From: Trichosphaerium sp. ATCC 40318
Taxonomy: Eukaryota; Protista; Tubulinea
Assembly (NCBI GenBank): GCA_038496445.1
Contig: JALMLS010000175.1
Coordinates: 62,001 to 126,000 of the forward strand
Direction: 5' to 3'
DNA length: 64,000 nucleotides
In this document: one piece after another, positions 14,301 to 26,134 of the stretch
How positions within the stretch are numbered: position 1 is the first letter of the stretch
Layout of the letters: every line of letters begins with the position of its first letter
Notes under the pieces: generated by a model
The model's database searches: none
What the model saw: only the letters and a program-made list of their open reading frames with translations
What the model was told of the DNA's origin: nothing
Program-made: the position numbers and the translations under genes

Positions 14301-17300
14301 CTCTACATACAACTTCTCCAAAGAGCTTATCAGCATCCCAATTGAAACGTGACCATTTACCATCTAGAGGCTTGTAAAAGAATTGATTATGGAAAACATC
14401 ATCCCAAGCTCCGAGATAATTAATAGAAGCAATCTCAGCTGGAAAAACAAACTGTCAGCACGGAAATTGAGTAAAACTAAAACATACAAATTGCATGATT
14501 AAAATCAATATGTTCATCAATGTAATCTTGAGTTCTTCCATCATTTTTATTATCCTCACTTAATCTATCCATGCCTTCATACGAGGTTAAGTATTATAAT
14601 ATGATATTAAAGAACATACCTTCCATCCAGTCCTTTACCATTGTTGCACTTTGTTGAACATTCAATTGACTTCTGTATGTCTGAAAAGGTGTTAGTATAG
14701 AAACCAGCCAAAGAGGTTATTTGTACCTTTCTTCCGTAAGTATAGTAGTAACGCTCTAAAACAGACCATTGTCGACAGTTTCGGTTTATACTAAGAGGGC
14801 TTTGATAAAGTAAGACATCTCAATACTCAAAACAAAGGGATGTTGTTCGTACTATTGATCTCCACGTCCATATGGTCCTTCTGTACCATGCAAGCCTTGA
14901 GCTTTGAACAAATGACCAACACGCTCTTCGACTAAATGTCTACAGTTCTTATTTCTATCAGGCAATACGCTCTTGATAAGATCACTACCACCACGTATCA
15001 CTTGCATAGCATAACGCCAATACTTTCCATTAACTAGGCAGAAAAAAATTAGAAACAATGTTTTCAAGAACAGTAGTACGACATAAAAAGGGCGAGAAAG
15101 AAACCGTACCATTAGTCCTAACAAACTCAACTGGTGAGGACATCATGCCAAGTTTTCTTAGTGAGCGGTAAACCATAGGTGTTTGATACATTGTACATCC
15201 TTGTGTCATCTTGTGTAATATATAGGTTGATTTACCTTCAACAGAGGTCCATTTTGGAAAGGCTAAACGCCATGATAATCCAAGATTCTTTTGGCCAGTT
15301 GGTTTTGGTTGAGCACCTCCAATATTTGGTCCGTTCATTCTAAGAAAAAAATATTGTAAGCAAGGCGAACAAAAAAACAAAATAGATTTCTGCATGTTAA
15401 TCACGTGTTCAGTTGAAAAGAAAGGAGCTTACCTCTGATAACGTGAACCCTGCCAACGCACTTTTGATTGTATAATAACTGTTCCAGTTGGTTCATGAAC
15501 AACTATAGCCGGAACTTTACTGTTCCAACTTTGTCTGAGGTTACAACCGACAACACGTCTGTCGTCTCTAGGAAAGTCGATATTTTTATACATACGCTCC
15601 CAATTTGAAGGTTTGATAAAGATATGCCAAGTCTTTGATGATGTAGCTACTACAGGCTTTACAAAGTATGCAAAATGACGGAAAGGGTCTGATTTACGAG
15701 GAGACTCGATGGTTCTAAAGGAAGTTAGAACCAAACAAAAAAAATTCATCCTAAATTTCCAATCAATGTTCGTACCTTCCGTCCTTCAGAGTGAGTCTTA
15801 TCTTGTACTTTACAATAGTATTTGTATCATACGATTCAGTAATGGTATAATCGAATTTTTCAGGTTTTTTAGCGTTCTAAGAAACACTTATTAACCTTCT
15901 TCAAAAAAAATAATATCCAGTGCTGGATATTTAACGTACAACAACCATTCGTCGCACTCTTTCTGATTGAGTATTCTGATTTACTTCATCATGAGAAAAG
16001 TAAATTAGCTCCACTTTTGATAATTGTGTTGTATCTGGAGCGACTTCAGCAGTTATAGTTACCTATCCAACAGCACGTGAGTTCAAACAAAAAACCTAAC
16101 AAAAAAAAAAGCTTACAGGTTGCCCTTTTGTAATATCTTTCCGTGAAGGTTCAAAATCGATGTCTGTGACGATAGGAGCGAAGGGTTTTCCGTCCATGAC
16201 GTCACTATTCGATCCTCCAGGCGTAGGTAAAGCAGCATCCCAATTTTCTTTTTTATAACCCTTGACATCCCAACTCTTTCTTTGCAAGGACATACCCTTG
16301 TATTGGAAAGACTCGTAGTTATTACTGTATGGAGAAACGTCAGAATCTTGATAATCTTCTCCATCACCAAGAGCATCTAACATCATTAGATGCAAAACAA
16401 GCAACAAACCAATACCAGCAGCAACAGGCCAATAGTTGTTATCATCGTAGTCAACAAAGTCTACTGTGCGACCATTCTCATCAATTAGTGCAACCTACAA
16501 AACTGAATAAGATCCCTCAAATGTGCGGCCACAAAAGGGTATACATACCTTTTCTCCACCATTTGACAATTCTCCAGTGTAAGAGCCTTTTACATTAACA
16601 TTAAATCCGTATGCATTTTTAACAGCCCCCTCATCGGCGGCAACAACTATGCCGGTGTTAATCACTATGTAATTGCTAAATAAACATACCAATATAGCTT
16701 TTTGCGCCAATACTAGTTCCTGAAGCGAATGTGAAATCAACCATATCTTCAGATATCAACCTCCAGTAGGAGATATCAATGGCGACTGATTCGTGATTGT
16801 AGATCTCAATATACTCGTGGATATCACGCATTGAACGCTAGAAAATAATGAATAAACACCACACAAAACAATGGTTAACATTAAATAGTAACACGTGCCT
16901 CTTCCACTGGGTGGTACATAATTTCAGAGATGAAAACTTTTCTAGGTGTATGAGCTTCCTTTGGACAAGCCCTAAAGGCAGAACCGTAACCAGGAGTGCC
17001 ACTCCATTCAGAGTGCCTGTCACTATCCACTAAATACAAAGTAAGAGGAGTAGGTAATCCAAATTAATACAAAAAAGCACAACATACTTGGTGCAGGAGA
17101 TGCCATCCAGTATTTTGGATTTTCGTGTTCATCAGTATCATGGCAAGTAAGCTCCAAAGATGATCCAAAGCCATCAGCAAGTGGGTCCCATGCTTTCTTG
17201 TCATTGTACTCAATCGCAAATCTAAAAAAACTCCATCAGTAAAAATAGTCACTTTCGAATATTCACGTACTCTACGGCTCCAGCTGCGTTAATTATCTTA

Positions 17301-17982
17301 AGTTCCTCTCCACCATTATTAAGTGATCCATCGTAATTAGTAGATGCAACGTTGCTTCCAGAGAGGTTATCGTATACACTACAATAAAATTAACAAAAGC
17401 CTCACTTTGTTGAAAGTATATGCGAAAATGTTTTCAGGCTGCTTACGATAGTAATTTTTCTCTGTTCTTGGCAATAACAAGATAACCTTTCGGTTCAATA
17501 GTGATACTAGGAATGGTATAAAGTTGTCCCTTATCAGCGATTCCTACAACACAAACGTAAATTTTCTGAATTCTGACATCCTACTTTTTTTGAAACAAAC
17601 TTCTGCGCTGGATATGGCAATACACCATTTGTGGAACGCCAAAACAGGCAAAACACAATGCCCGAGTCTGATACACGTACCATCTATCTTCCAGTTTGCC
17701 AATTGAACTCTAGAGTCTCCGTGATTATGCAACTCAAGGTATTCAAACTCATCATCAGATATACGTGGGTTGTACATGATCTCTGATATTATAACCTACA
17801 CCACTTTACTAAACAAGGCGCAATACGAATAAACAAAAAAAAAGCAGCTCAATACCTTCGCAAAAGTATTTGCAGCGAGTAGTGTCAGTGCAACAAGCAC
17901 AAACACAAGTTCTAGCGGAACGACGTTAGATAACTTGCGGAAGTCTAAAAAATATCGTACTGTGCTTTGTGGGGTGATTCAT
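11336..17982 (-). CDS. Large type I membrane protein: signal peptide, 2 lamin-tail domains, CotH kinase domain, FN3, Pro/Thr stalk, TM helix, Cys-rich tail
   Basis: Signal LVFVLVALTLLAANTFA; LTD VIISEIMYNP..DEFEYLELHN; CotH-like KVRWQGSRYQR, SWRLAFPK, NYLGAWDDVFHNQFFYKPLDGKWSRFNWDAD; FN3 ITVEWSQPYPNGAAVTSF, YQYRIAGTNSRGQGKWS; TM PWWYLAAGGGALILIIIIVIIVVVV; tail CNLC..CVSC. Confidence 0.8.
13058..13280 (-). repeat. 15-bp coding tandem repeat encoding PPTTR/PPTTS/PPTTP (mucin-like stalk)
   Basis: Repeated gttgtaggtgg/gtagttggcgg units on the + strand, within the CotH gene exon. Confidence 0.9.
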
Positions 17983-18124
17983 TACGCTCGTAATGTTTGT
18001 GAGTGTTGTGCGTGCTTTGTGAATTGAATTAACTTTTTTAGTTTTGGATGTTTTCTTCCATAGTCAACAAATCGCGATTGGGTATTGGTTGCTTTATTTA
18101 AAGTACGCTGTGTACAAGTGTATA

Positions 18125-18621
18125 TTATTGTCCAGCCAATTTATCCATCTTCAACGCCAAATCTATGTCAAGTGATGATAAGCCTTTACAATCGTGTGTA
18201 GCGAGCGTCACGTCGACTCTATCGAGAATTTGTTAACGACGTAATTTGTTCTGGTTGTAAATGTCAAGCACGTACCTGTTGTAAACGTTGAACCATTCAG
18301 GGTGATGATCCATCTATACAATAATAAATACAGTGTATTGGAAGAAAAAGAAACAACAAAACACCACAATACCTTCTCAGCAACCAACGCCACTTTAGAC
18401 ATAAACCCAAACGCGTCAACGAAGTTGCCAAACTTATATTGCTTGAAAATAGCTTCACGACCTTCAACCTCCTTCCAAGATGGTACTTTCTTTAACGCCT
18501 CAGCTTTATCGTCACCTTCAAGTTTTTTTGGTCTGCTTGACATTGTTCTTATTACAGTGTATCTATTTCTTAATTTATACGAACGGAGAGGTGCGTGAAG
18601 AAGATTAACGCGAGTAAACAT
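18125..18621 (-). CDS. PCBD: Pterin-4-alpha-carbinolamine dehydratase, possible mitochondrial presequence, 2 introns
   Basis: AIFKQYKFGNFVDAFGFMSKVALVAEK/MDHHPEWFNVYNR/VDVTLATHDCKGLSSLDIDLALKMD; Arg-rich N-terminus lacking acidic residues. Confidence 0.95.
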
Positions 18622-18801
18622 TAATGTGACTTGACGTCTGTTTAAGTACATAATTTAGCAGTGTTCACTGCCTGACATACGCCGTAGGTTCTATCAGATA
18701 AGCGCGAGCATGTTGCGATGGGCTCAACGAAAGCAATGTTTTAAGGAGCTCGATGGAAACGAGCAATAGGTTTATTTACAACTGACACTATTGTTTTGAC
18801 A

Positions 18802-18868
18802 TCTTGGCGTTATTCTCAGTTATACATCGACATGAAATGTTTGAAATGCATTCGTCATTGTACCAAGA
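18802..18868 (-). promoter_or_regulatory. SECIS element (type II) in the selenoprotein 3' UTR
   Basis: Minus strand reads TCTTGGT-aca-ATGAC-GAATGCATT-tc-AAA-CAT-ttc-ATG-tc-GATGTATAAC-TGAG-aataac-GCCAAGA. Helix I is TCTTGGT/GCCAAGA, the quartet is TGAC/TGAG, helix II is ATGCATT/GATGTAT, with an apical AAA and mini-stem. Fits ATGA-N12-AA-N23-GA. Confidence 0.88.
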
Positions 18869-18912
18869 AGAGTCGTTTGAAAGGTTAGTTGTATTTATCG
18901 TTTTTTTTTGAA

Positions 18913-19319
18913 TTAACGATAATGTTTTGCTACAGCCTCAGTGATTTCTTTGATAGACTGTTTGCGCTTGGAAGAATATTTTCTACGCATTGCGTTAACT
19001 TTGAGCCATTTTAGGAGTTCTGGTACTGTACCTGAAGAGTTTCTTCTGTGAGCCTTCCCAGATGGTGGTACCATCCTCAGCTGAAATTTTAACAGTGATT
19101 GGGTAGTTGTTGAGACAGGTAACTTGGATGTTGGCTTTTGGCAATGCAGCCTCAATCGCCTTAAGTATGATCAATAATTAGTATATGCGCGTCTCCGTAC
19201 CGATTTGGCGGTGTTGAGCTCTTGCCTGCCTCCGTCTCACTGCAAACGTGTTATTTGCGCGCAATGATAATATTACGTACGTTAGAGCAGTATTCTAAGT
19301 TAATAGTTGGTGACGCCAT
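18913..19319 (-). CDS. Selenoprotein with CxxU motif (probable thioredoxin-like/Rdx fold), 91 aa, 4 exons
   Basis: Exons 19319-19281, 19239-19201, 19159-19032 and 18982-18913 (GT-AG introns of 41, 41 and 49 nt) give MASPTINLEYCSNUDGGRQELNTAKSAIEAALPKANIQVTCLNNYPITVKISAEDGTTIWEGSQKKLFRKYSSKRKQSIKEITEAVAKHYR*. In-frame TGA at 19239-19237, with a SECIS downstream. Confidence 0.88.
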
Positions 19320-19889
19320 TATTCGTTTTGTAAAGTGAATTAAATCGATAATTCTTAGGAACAATAGTCAAGCAAGTTCGCGTTGCACAAGCGAAATGTG
19401 ACAGATTACGCTGTTGGCATTTGTCGTTTAATGACGGTAGACTAAAAAAAAAGGGCCAATGCGATATTTACGTTACAGCTTGTGTTTTATAACAACCCCA
19501 AGTACAATACACGATATCATGTATTTGTTATCATTTTTACCAATTCTTTTTTATGGTATGTAATACCTTGCAACTTACCATTTATTCACGTGTGCTACGT
19601 AATAAACTTCGTCCGAACATAAAATGCATGCAACAACATCTTAATCCTCATGATATAGAGTGACGTACTAGTGACGTTGCAAAATATTGTACCTTGATTA
19701 TTTTTCCGCAAAGCGCCCGCAAAATAAAAAAAAACATTTAAAACCATGGAGAAATGAATATGTACATTTTAATTAATTACATTGTAATACAAGAAAACTG
19801 CAACCAGTTGGTTCGAGTTAGCAGTTTGGGAAAAAAATTGGGTAGGCCTACTTTTGGCGATCGCCAATGCCTTTTGTAGTAACATTCAT

Positions 19890-20759
19890 CTAAGGCACGC
19901 GCAAGTATTTCTTAAGCCGTTGCAGACAGTCATTCGGTGTTCCACTTGTTTCCAAATCATAAAAAGTTAGAAGTTGAGAAATGTGCGAATTCTCCGCTTG
20001 TATTAACTCTGATCTAGTTTCAGGCAGACGAAAGCCGAAGTGTGGTTGTAGTCCCGCGTTATTCGGAAAAAAGGTCACTTTACGTGAGCTCGATTTTGCT
20101 TTGCAGTTGATACAGCGAGCATCAACGCGTATGAGGGCCACTTTTAGCGGCTCTACAATGTTACGTAAACCGCCTTGTGAAAGATTAAATTTTTCCAACT
20201 GCTCAGCTAGAACAATCGTTGGCGGTGACGGGGAGCCTGGTAATGATGAAGCGCGCAATCTTGCCATAATAGGAGAGTTCTTTTGGATACTCATAGGTTT
20301 GCTTGAAACAGGTCTGTATTGCTTTGGTTTGCGAGGAAAGTGCGTGCTATTAGGGTTGTTGGACAATTCTACTTCAAGGCCAGGAAACTCAGCACTATCT
20401 AGAGAAAAAAGGTAAGAATTTTCGTCACAGTATAATGAATAAAGAGAAGTGAATAAGATATAGTGTTATAATAGAACAAGTGAGTTTAAAGGTTTTTTTA
20501 AGGTAAAACTGAATTTGGGAATTCATTAGTAGGTTTACATACATCACCAGAAGGCGACATATAACATAACTAACGTTTTACGTTGCAAATAGTGTATGTA
20601 ATGTTACCTACTTCTTGTACTTTGTGGAGCACTACGGTTACCCCGATGAAGGCCAAGCTTTGTATTACGGGCGTTTGGGAGTGAGTCCGGAATCGTGAGA
20701 AAGTTGCGGCTACGACGGTGGTTTCCAATGTTGCTCTGGTTAGGTCTCATTGCTTTCAT
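19890..20759 (-). CDS. Hypothetical protein with a C-terminal Mug135_C/DUF1773-like domain
   Basis: Low-complexity N-terminus, then DARCIN..FFPNNAGLQPHFGFRLPETRSELIQ..SQLLTFYDLETSGTPNDCLQRLKKYLRV. The 5' exons are approximate. Confidence 0.6.
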
Positions 20760-21407
20760 TGCTAATGTTGGAATACCTATTGCGCTATATAGTGCGCGGT
20801 AAATAAATAAGTTATCGGGGCCTCAAAAAAGGTCAAAATGGTTCTAAGGCGCGAACACAGCAAGTTTAGAGTTTAATTTTAAGACGTGGAGTGGTGCAAT
20901 TGAGTTAGTGGAGTTTTCATATGGGTATTTTAACCAAAACTTGAGATTTTCTCGATAATCCACGAAAAGTTTTTATGAGAATGTAAGACGCGTCTATATA
21001 CTGAGAAAAATGAATTACGGCGCTGTATTGTGTAACACTTCATTATTTGAAATTTCTACTGATTAGTCACTTACACTGTTTTATTATCTAAAACGGATTC
21101 TTTATGAGTATTTTTGATGTACGGCAGCCTTTGGAGCACATTTTTCAATTGCACCGTTTATGTGAAAAGTATACTAATGGAACACGTGTACATGATTCCA
21201 CGGATAGTTCCCAACAAAATGAGATCATATCTCTAACATCTCTTTTGTGATACTGATCAAAGGCAAAACAAGAGCGATAATTCATTAATTAGGATATGAT
21301 ATATTTTTATCAAGACAAATAATACAAACAGGTATTGTCTATACAGAACGATTCTATGGTACAATATTTACAAAAAAAATTACAACGTGTTGTTGGTTTT
21401 TTGAAGT

Positions 21408-23240
21408 TCAACAAACACGTCGTCTATGATCTCCAATAAACTCTGTTGCTCTAGCCCAATCACCAATTGAAAGGTCTAATGCTGATATACTATCAGCATG
21501 AGTAGCTCGAACTGACGTTAAAGAAGTCTCAGTGTCCTCTAGATCAGCGAATAGTACTTCCAACTGACCAAGAACACGAACAAGTATTCTACTATGATCA
21601 GAATGACAAGTTCCCTTAACTCTCTCCTTACGCCATCTCGTAAACCCATAAAACTGAGCATAGAACGCTAAACATAGAAGTGTAAGTAGACAGAACATTT
21701 ACATGAAAAGTTCGACAAATAATAATAGATCTACTTACCAAGTTGACTAGAGCCTAAAGCTAAAGCATCACAATCACCAGCAGATAGTATAAGCAAGCGA
21801 ATGTTTGGGTAAATTTGAGCCAAGTCCTTCAACGTGAACATTGTGCTCATGTTACCATGTGAATATGCAGCTACAGATCCAGCCCAACCGATAAACCCTA
21901 TTGATAACCCTGTTAGAAATGACGTTCGTAATAAAGTTTTTATTGACCAAAAAAAAACATACCATGAGCTTTAGCTCCTTGTTTCACTGTAACAACTGCT
22001 CTATCGAGTACCATACCGCGTACTTCTTCACCATTAATAGCAGCCTTGTAGGCAACGTATGATGCAACGGGAGCACCCATAGAGTACCCATGCAAGATTA
22101 TATTCTCAGGTTTGAAACTCTAAACGTTAAAAATTAGTGCTGAACCAAAAATAAAAAAAAACGACGGAGTATCTTGATCTACAAAACACTGGAATTCCAG
22201 AACATACCTTTCCATTAGAACTACGAATAGAACGTGCACAGTTATAAAACTCAAGACCATCTCGGTACAAATGTAAAGTGTGCAGTTTTCCGATACCTAA
22301 AAAGGACCGTTTAGGATTGAGTTTTTTTTTTTGAACCAAACTTTCTTGTGCAAAAAAAACGATGCCATCAACGCCCTTGGGTTGTGTTTTGTTGTTCAAA
22401 TTACTGTGTTACACATACCTGCTGTTCCGTATTTATTTTTCCCTGCAAGACCTTCAAGATCCAAATCCTTGATTGTGCTAGCACCAAACCCATTGTAGTC
22501 CAGGCATAGGCACTAGAGGGAATAAGCATAAATACAGGATAGGAAAAGTAGTTTTTTAATTAGCCCAAATAGTTTTAGACTTTCCGTTTAGGAACAAACA
22601 AGAGGTATTTGTGGAATGTTAGTTCCATATTTTGAACTCAGTCATACCTTACACCCTTGAATAGTATAGAATACTGCCATTTCCCTTGTATGCTTGATGC
22701 TTGAACCATGAGACCCAGAGAAAATGACAACAAGAAGATTGCGATCTTGTTGTGCGCGATTTGGTTCATATAAACGACCACGCAATACTCTGTCTTTAGT
22801 TTTCCACTCTATTATCTGATATTGCGTCAACAGAAGCGCTAGTAAATTTCTTGGACTTACCTTCATATTTATTTGTCCGTGGGGTACTTTATTATCCTAC
22901 CATTAGTGTCAGAAAGCTTTGCAATACTCTGAGTAAATTTTTCGCATATTTCTTACCCTGATGGAAGCGCCGTGGCGCCCAACGTATAGATACCAGTACT
23001 TGGAGAAAGCACGGCCATCATGTCGCTGTTTATCCGTGCCAAACAATGCAGAATTAACAAAAGGTGTTACTTTGTGGACAGCTCCCTTTATTGCGCCTCT
23101 ACGACGACTTGAAACAAGATGGCTATTCTTTGGTACTCTACGAACTATTAAACTCTTTCTGACAGCTTTAAAACGTACGTGTTCGCTCTGACTTTAGATG
23201 AGGAGTGTAATCGTGGCCTAGTAGCTCGATTTTGTAACAT
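21408..23240 (-). CDS. Alpha/beta hydrolase (GYSMG nucleophile elbow) resembling the MARTX ABH effector domain, multi-exon
   Basis: LLVVIFSGSHGSS, CLCLDYNGFGAS, LYRDG, KPENIILHGYSMGAPVASYVAYKAAINGEEVRGMVLDRAV; candidate Asp in AGDCD and His in TCHSDH. Confidence 0.85.
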
Positions 23241-23851
23241 TAGGTGTCTCTTTCGTCTTGAAAAGGTGATTTTGAAAAATGTGAAAATGTCGCACGGCTA
23301 GTATTTACTGAACCAGTAAGAAGAATTTTCGCACTTTGTTTTCCAGAGTCTTTCAGGACTGCTACAAGATTCCTTTATGTAGGAATTCGTATTGGTCTCT
23401 GTGTATGGTTTGGGAAACTGCTAGAAACCAATTCCGAACTTCCCAAATATACACTCTGCACAGAGTTCTGAAAGTGTATGTACGTACGTAGTAGATGCAA
23501 AAATGAAAGAACAGTTATGATAAAACATCTGTTAATAGAAAAAGGAAAAAAGGCACCAGAAAAAGCGCATGGCAACTCATTTTAGCCTTACACGTGCATA
23601 ATTGCATACGAACTAGAATACCAGCCATTTAACTGTACGGTATAAATAGTGACAAGCTGAACTCAAACATTTAAGATTTGAAAAAAAACTCTAAGCCTCA
23701 AAGACTTTAAAACGCAACTAAACCAAATAACTTGTGCGTGCACATTAACAAATCGTTGGAATTATTGTTTTATTCCTTGAATTAACGGTCTCGTGTACAC
23801 GCTTTTTCACGCAGATTTCACACCAAAAACAAAAAAAAATGTGGAAAGTAT

Positions 23852-25509
23852 TTATGGTTCATTATCATCATCAAGGTATTTATCTTGAATCTCCATGCTC
23901 CTATATAAGGTTAAAAATAGCAAAGGAACAATGTAGCACAAAAACCCGTGTAAATAATTTATACGCAAAATACGCCACGAATATGTATTCTACGACAATA
24001 ACTTGTAATTGCACCATGTAAAAAAAAGGCACCAAAAATCTTTTTCTTACAAAAATATGGGAAATGTAAAAATCTTTGTTGGTTTGTTCCTAAAATTACC
24101 TGAAGGCTTCAAAAGGGTCTGGAGTAGCGACGAGTTCCATCATATCAGCTTGCGTTGCATCCATAGAAGCGAACACGTATCCATTTGCTTTATCAACCAT
24201 GCGCAGTACACGAAGTGTACTCTCCTTGTCTTGTATATCCAAAGTCATGAAAGAGACTAGAGAGAAGTCTTCGACAACAGTACAGATAGCTGAATTCAAC
24301 TTCTTGTAACGTTCAGCAATAGCAGTCTAGTACCAAACATGTTAAAATCAGATATACAAAGTCAGTAAGGTATGGAAAGTGTCAAAGAAAATAGCGAAAT
24401 CTCATTGACACTTTTTTTTTTTTGACAACGTTGCGTACTCCTTTAACATGTTCCATGAGGAAACCCAAGTTACCAGCGTTTGTATAAAACTCAAGGTTGA
24501 AATCTTCAGCAATATTGGCATTAGCAAAAGTAGTGTATGACGAAAGTAACCACAACAAAAAGAAGTAACGAGTGCTTGCCTAGTTTACCAAAATTTTTCA
24601 TCATGTCAATTTTTGACAATACGTTAACATGAGGTAGTTCGATCTATTGCATCGTTAGTATTTTCTCCTCGGCAATGAATATTAAGTAGGATCGTTTAGA
24701 GCGTTTTGTCGCACAGAAATAAATGATTTACACAAAAATCTACCACGTACGCGTAACATCATAGATAGTGACAACAGGCACGCAGAAATGTAGTTCGTGG
24801 GCGATGTGCAGTAAAAGGAGTCGATTAAATTTACTGACGTTAACTTGCAACGTGAGAAAGAAAGAACTTAGCACCAAACTGTGGGCGCGTACGCGATAAT
24901 CCTTTTCTTGTTGTAGATGTTGTACTATGTTACTGATACTTTGGTGGTGAGAATAAAGCTCAACTTGCCCAGGGCAATCAAATAGAACGTAGTGACCTTA
25001 TAAAGTAAATACCAACGCTTTTTGAAGCGTAGTACCTTCGTATTGTTCTAACTTGTTCGTTAGCCACTCCACGTTTTTTTCTAGCACTTCCATGCAGAAC
25101 ATCAGCGCTTTGAGGCGTTAGTAGGAAAAGTTAGCAACTTTTGTAATAAAACAATCAATTACCGCCGTTTGGACCAAGGTTATGCTCTTGCATCACGGCT
25201 TCGCTATTTAGAATTAACTTGAGACTATAAAGTCAATTGGTGGCATACACAGTAGTCAATTCGCTAACGTTTATAGCGCATTTGTAGGGAATATAATCGT
25301 TTGCAGGATCGAGATTAACAATAATTACTTTCCTACTCAGTATGTTGTTTGTAACGGCATAAACACAAAGCGTTTACCTCCCTAACTGCGTCATGAATTG
25401 TTGCATGCCATCGCAATAGGTAGTTTTACCAGACCCTTCAAATATCAACATGGTATTGTAGAAAGAATATTAAACCTGGAGGCCCTATAACAACTTGCCC
25501 AAATGACAT
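23852..25509 (-). CDS. GPN2: GPN-loop GTPase 2, ~11 exons
   Basis: [90 protein letters not shown]. Confidence 0.95.
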
Positions 25510-25733
25510 TGCGCTCCCAGTAATAATACATAACTAAAATTCGGTCGAAAAACCAGCGAGGGAGCAAAGTCAACGCAAGCTGCATTGTACCAAAATTTCA
25601 GCGTATTGTCGCGCGAAAATAATGCGAGTTTTCAAATACAGGGTTTGAAAAAATTCCACCAACCAGAATCGAGCACTTTCTTAGCCTTCAACTTAAACTG
25701 TAGCAAACAATCAAAAACTGATAAACCGCAACA

Positions 25734-26096
25734 ATGCCAGCACGTAAATCAACCAAGACAACAAAAGCCCCAGCCGAAGTCTCCAAAGGCGGTTCCAACA
25801 GACGTAGAAACTACGAGTCTTACTCTACCTTTATCTACAAGGTATTGAAGCAAGTTCACCCAGATACCGGTATCTCAAACAAAGCTATGGCCATCATGAA
25901 CTCTTTCGTTTCTGATATCTTCGAACAACTCGCCCTCGAATCTGGTCGCCTAGCTCGTTACAACAGAAAACAAACCATCACATCAAGAGAAATCCAAACT
26001 GCTGTCCGTTTGTTGTTGCCTGGTGAGCTCGCCAAGCACGCTGTTTCCGAAGGAACAAAGGCCGTCACAAAATACAACGCTTCATTGGCCGAGTAA
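25734..26096 (+). CDS. H2B: Histone H2B (intronless)
   Basis: [64 protein letters not shown]. Confidence 0.99.
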   Translation: MPARKSTKTTKAPAEVSKGGSNRRRNYESYSTFIYKVLKQVHPDTGISNKAMAIMNSFVSDIFEQLALESGRLARYNRKQTITSREIQTAVRLLLPGELAKHAVSEGTKAVTKYNASLAE

Positions 26097-26118
26097 ATTT
26101 AAAAACCTGCCTCACTTT

Positions 26119-26134
26119 GGTGTTTTTTAACACC
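26119..26134 (+). promoter_or_regulatory. Histone mRNA 3' stem-loop
   Basis: GGTGTT-TTTT-AACACC: 6-bp stem and 4-nt U-rich loop, 22 nt after the H2B stop codon. Confidence 0.85.

Noticed and set aside
20893-21155. 11-bp inverted repeat GGTGCAATTGA/TCAATTGCACC, a possible MITE
   Set aside because: Short, partly palindromic, no convincing TSD and no second copy; expected by chance.
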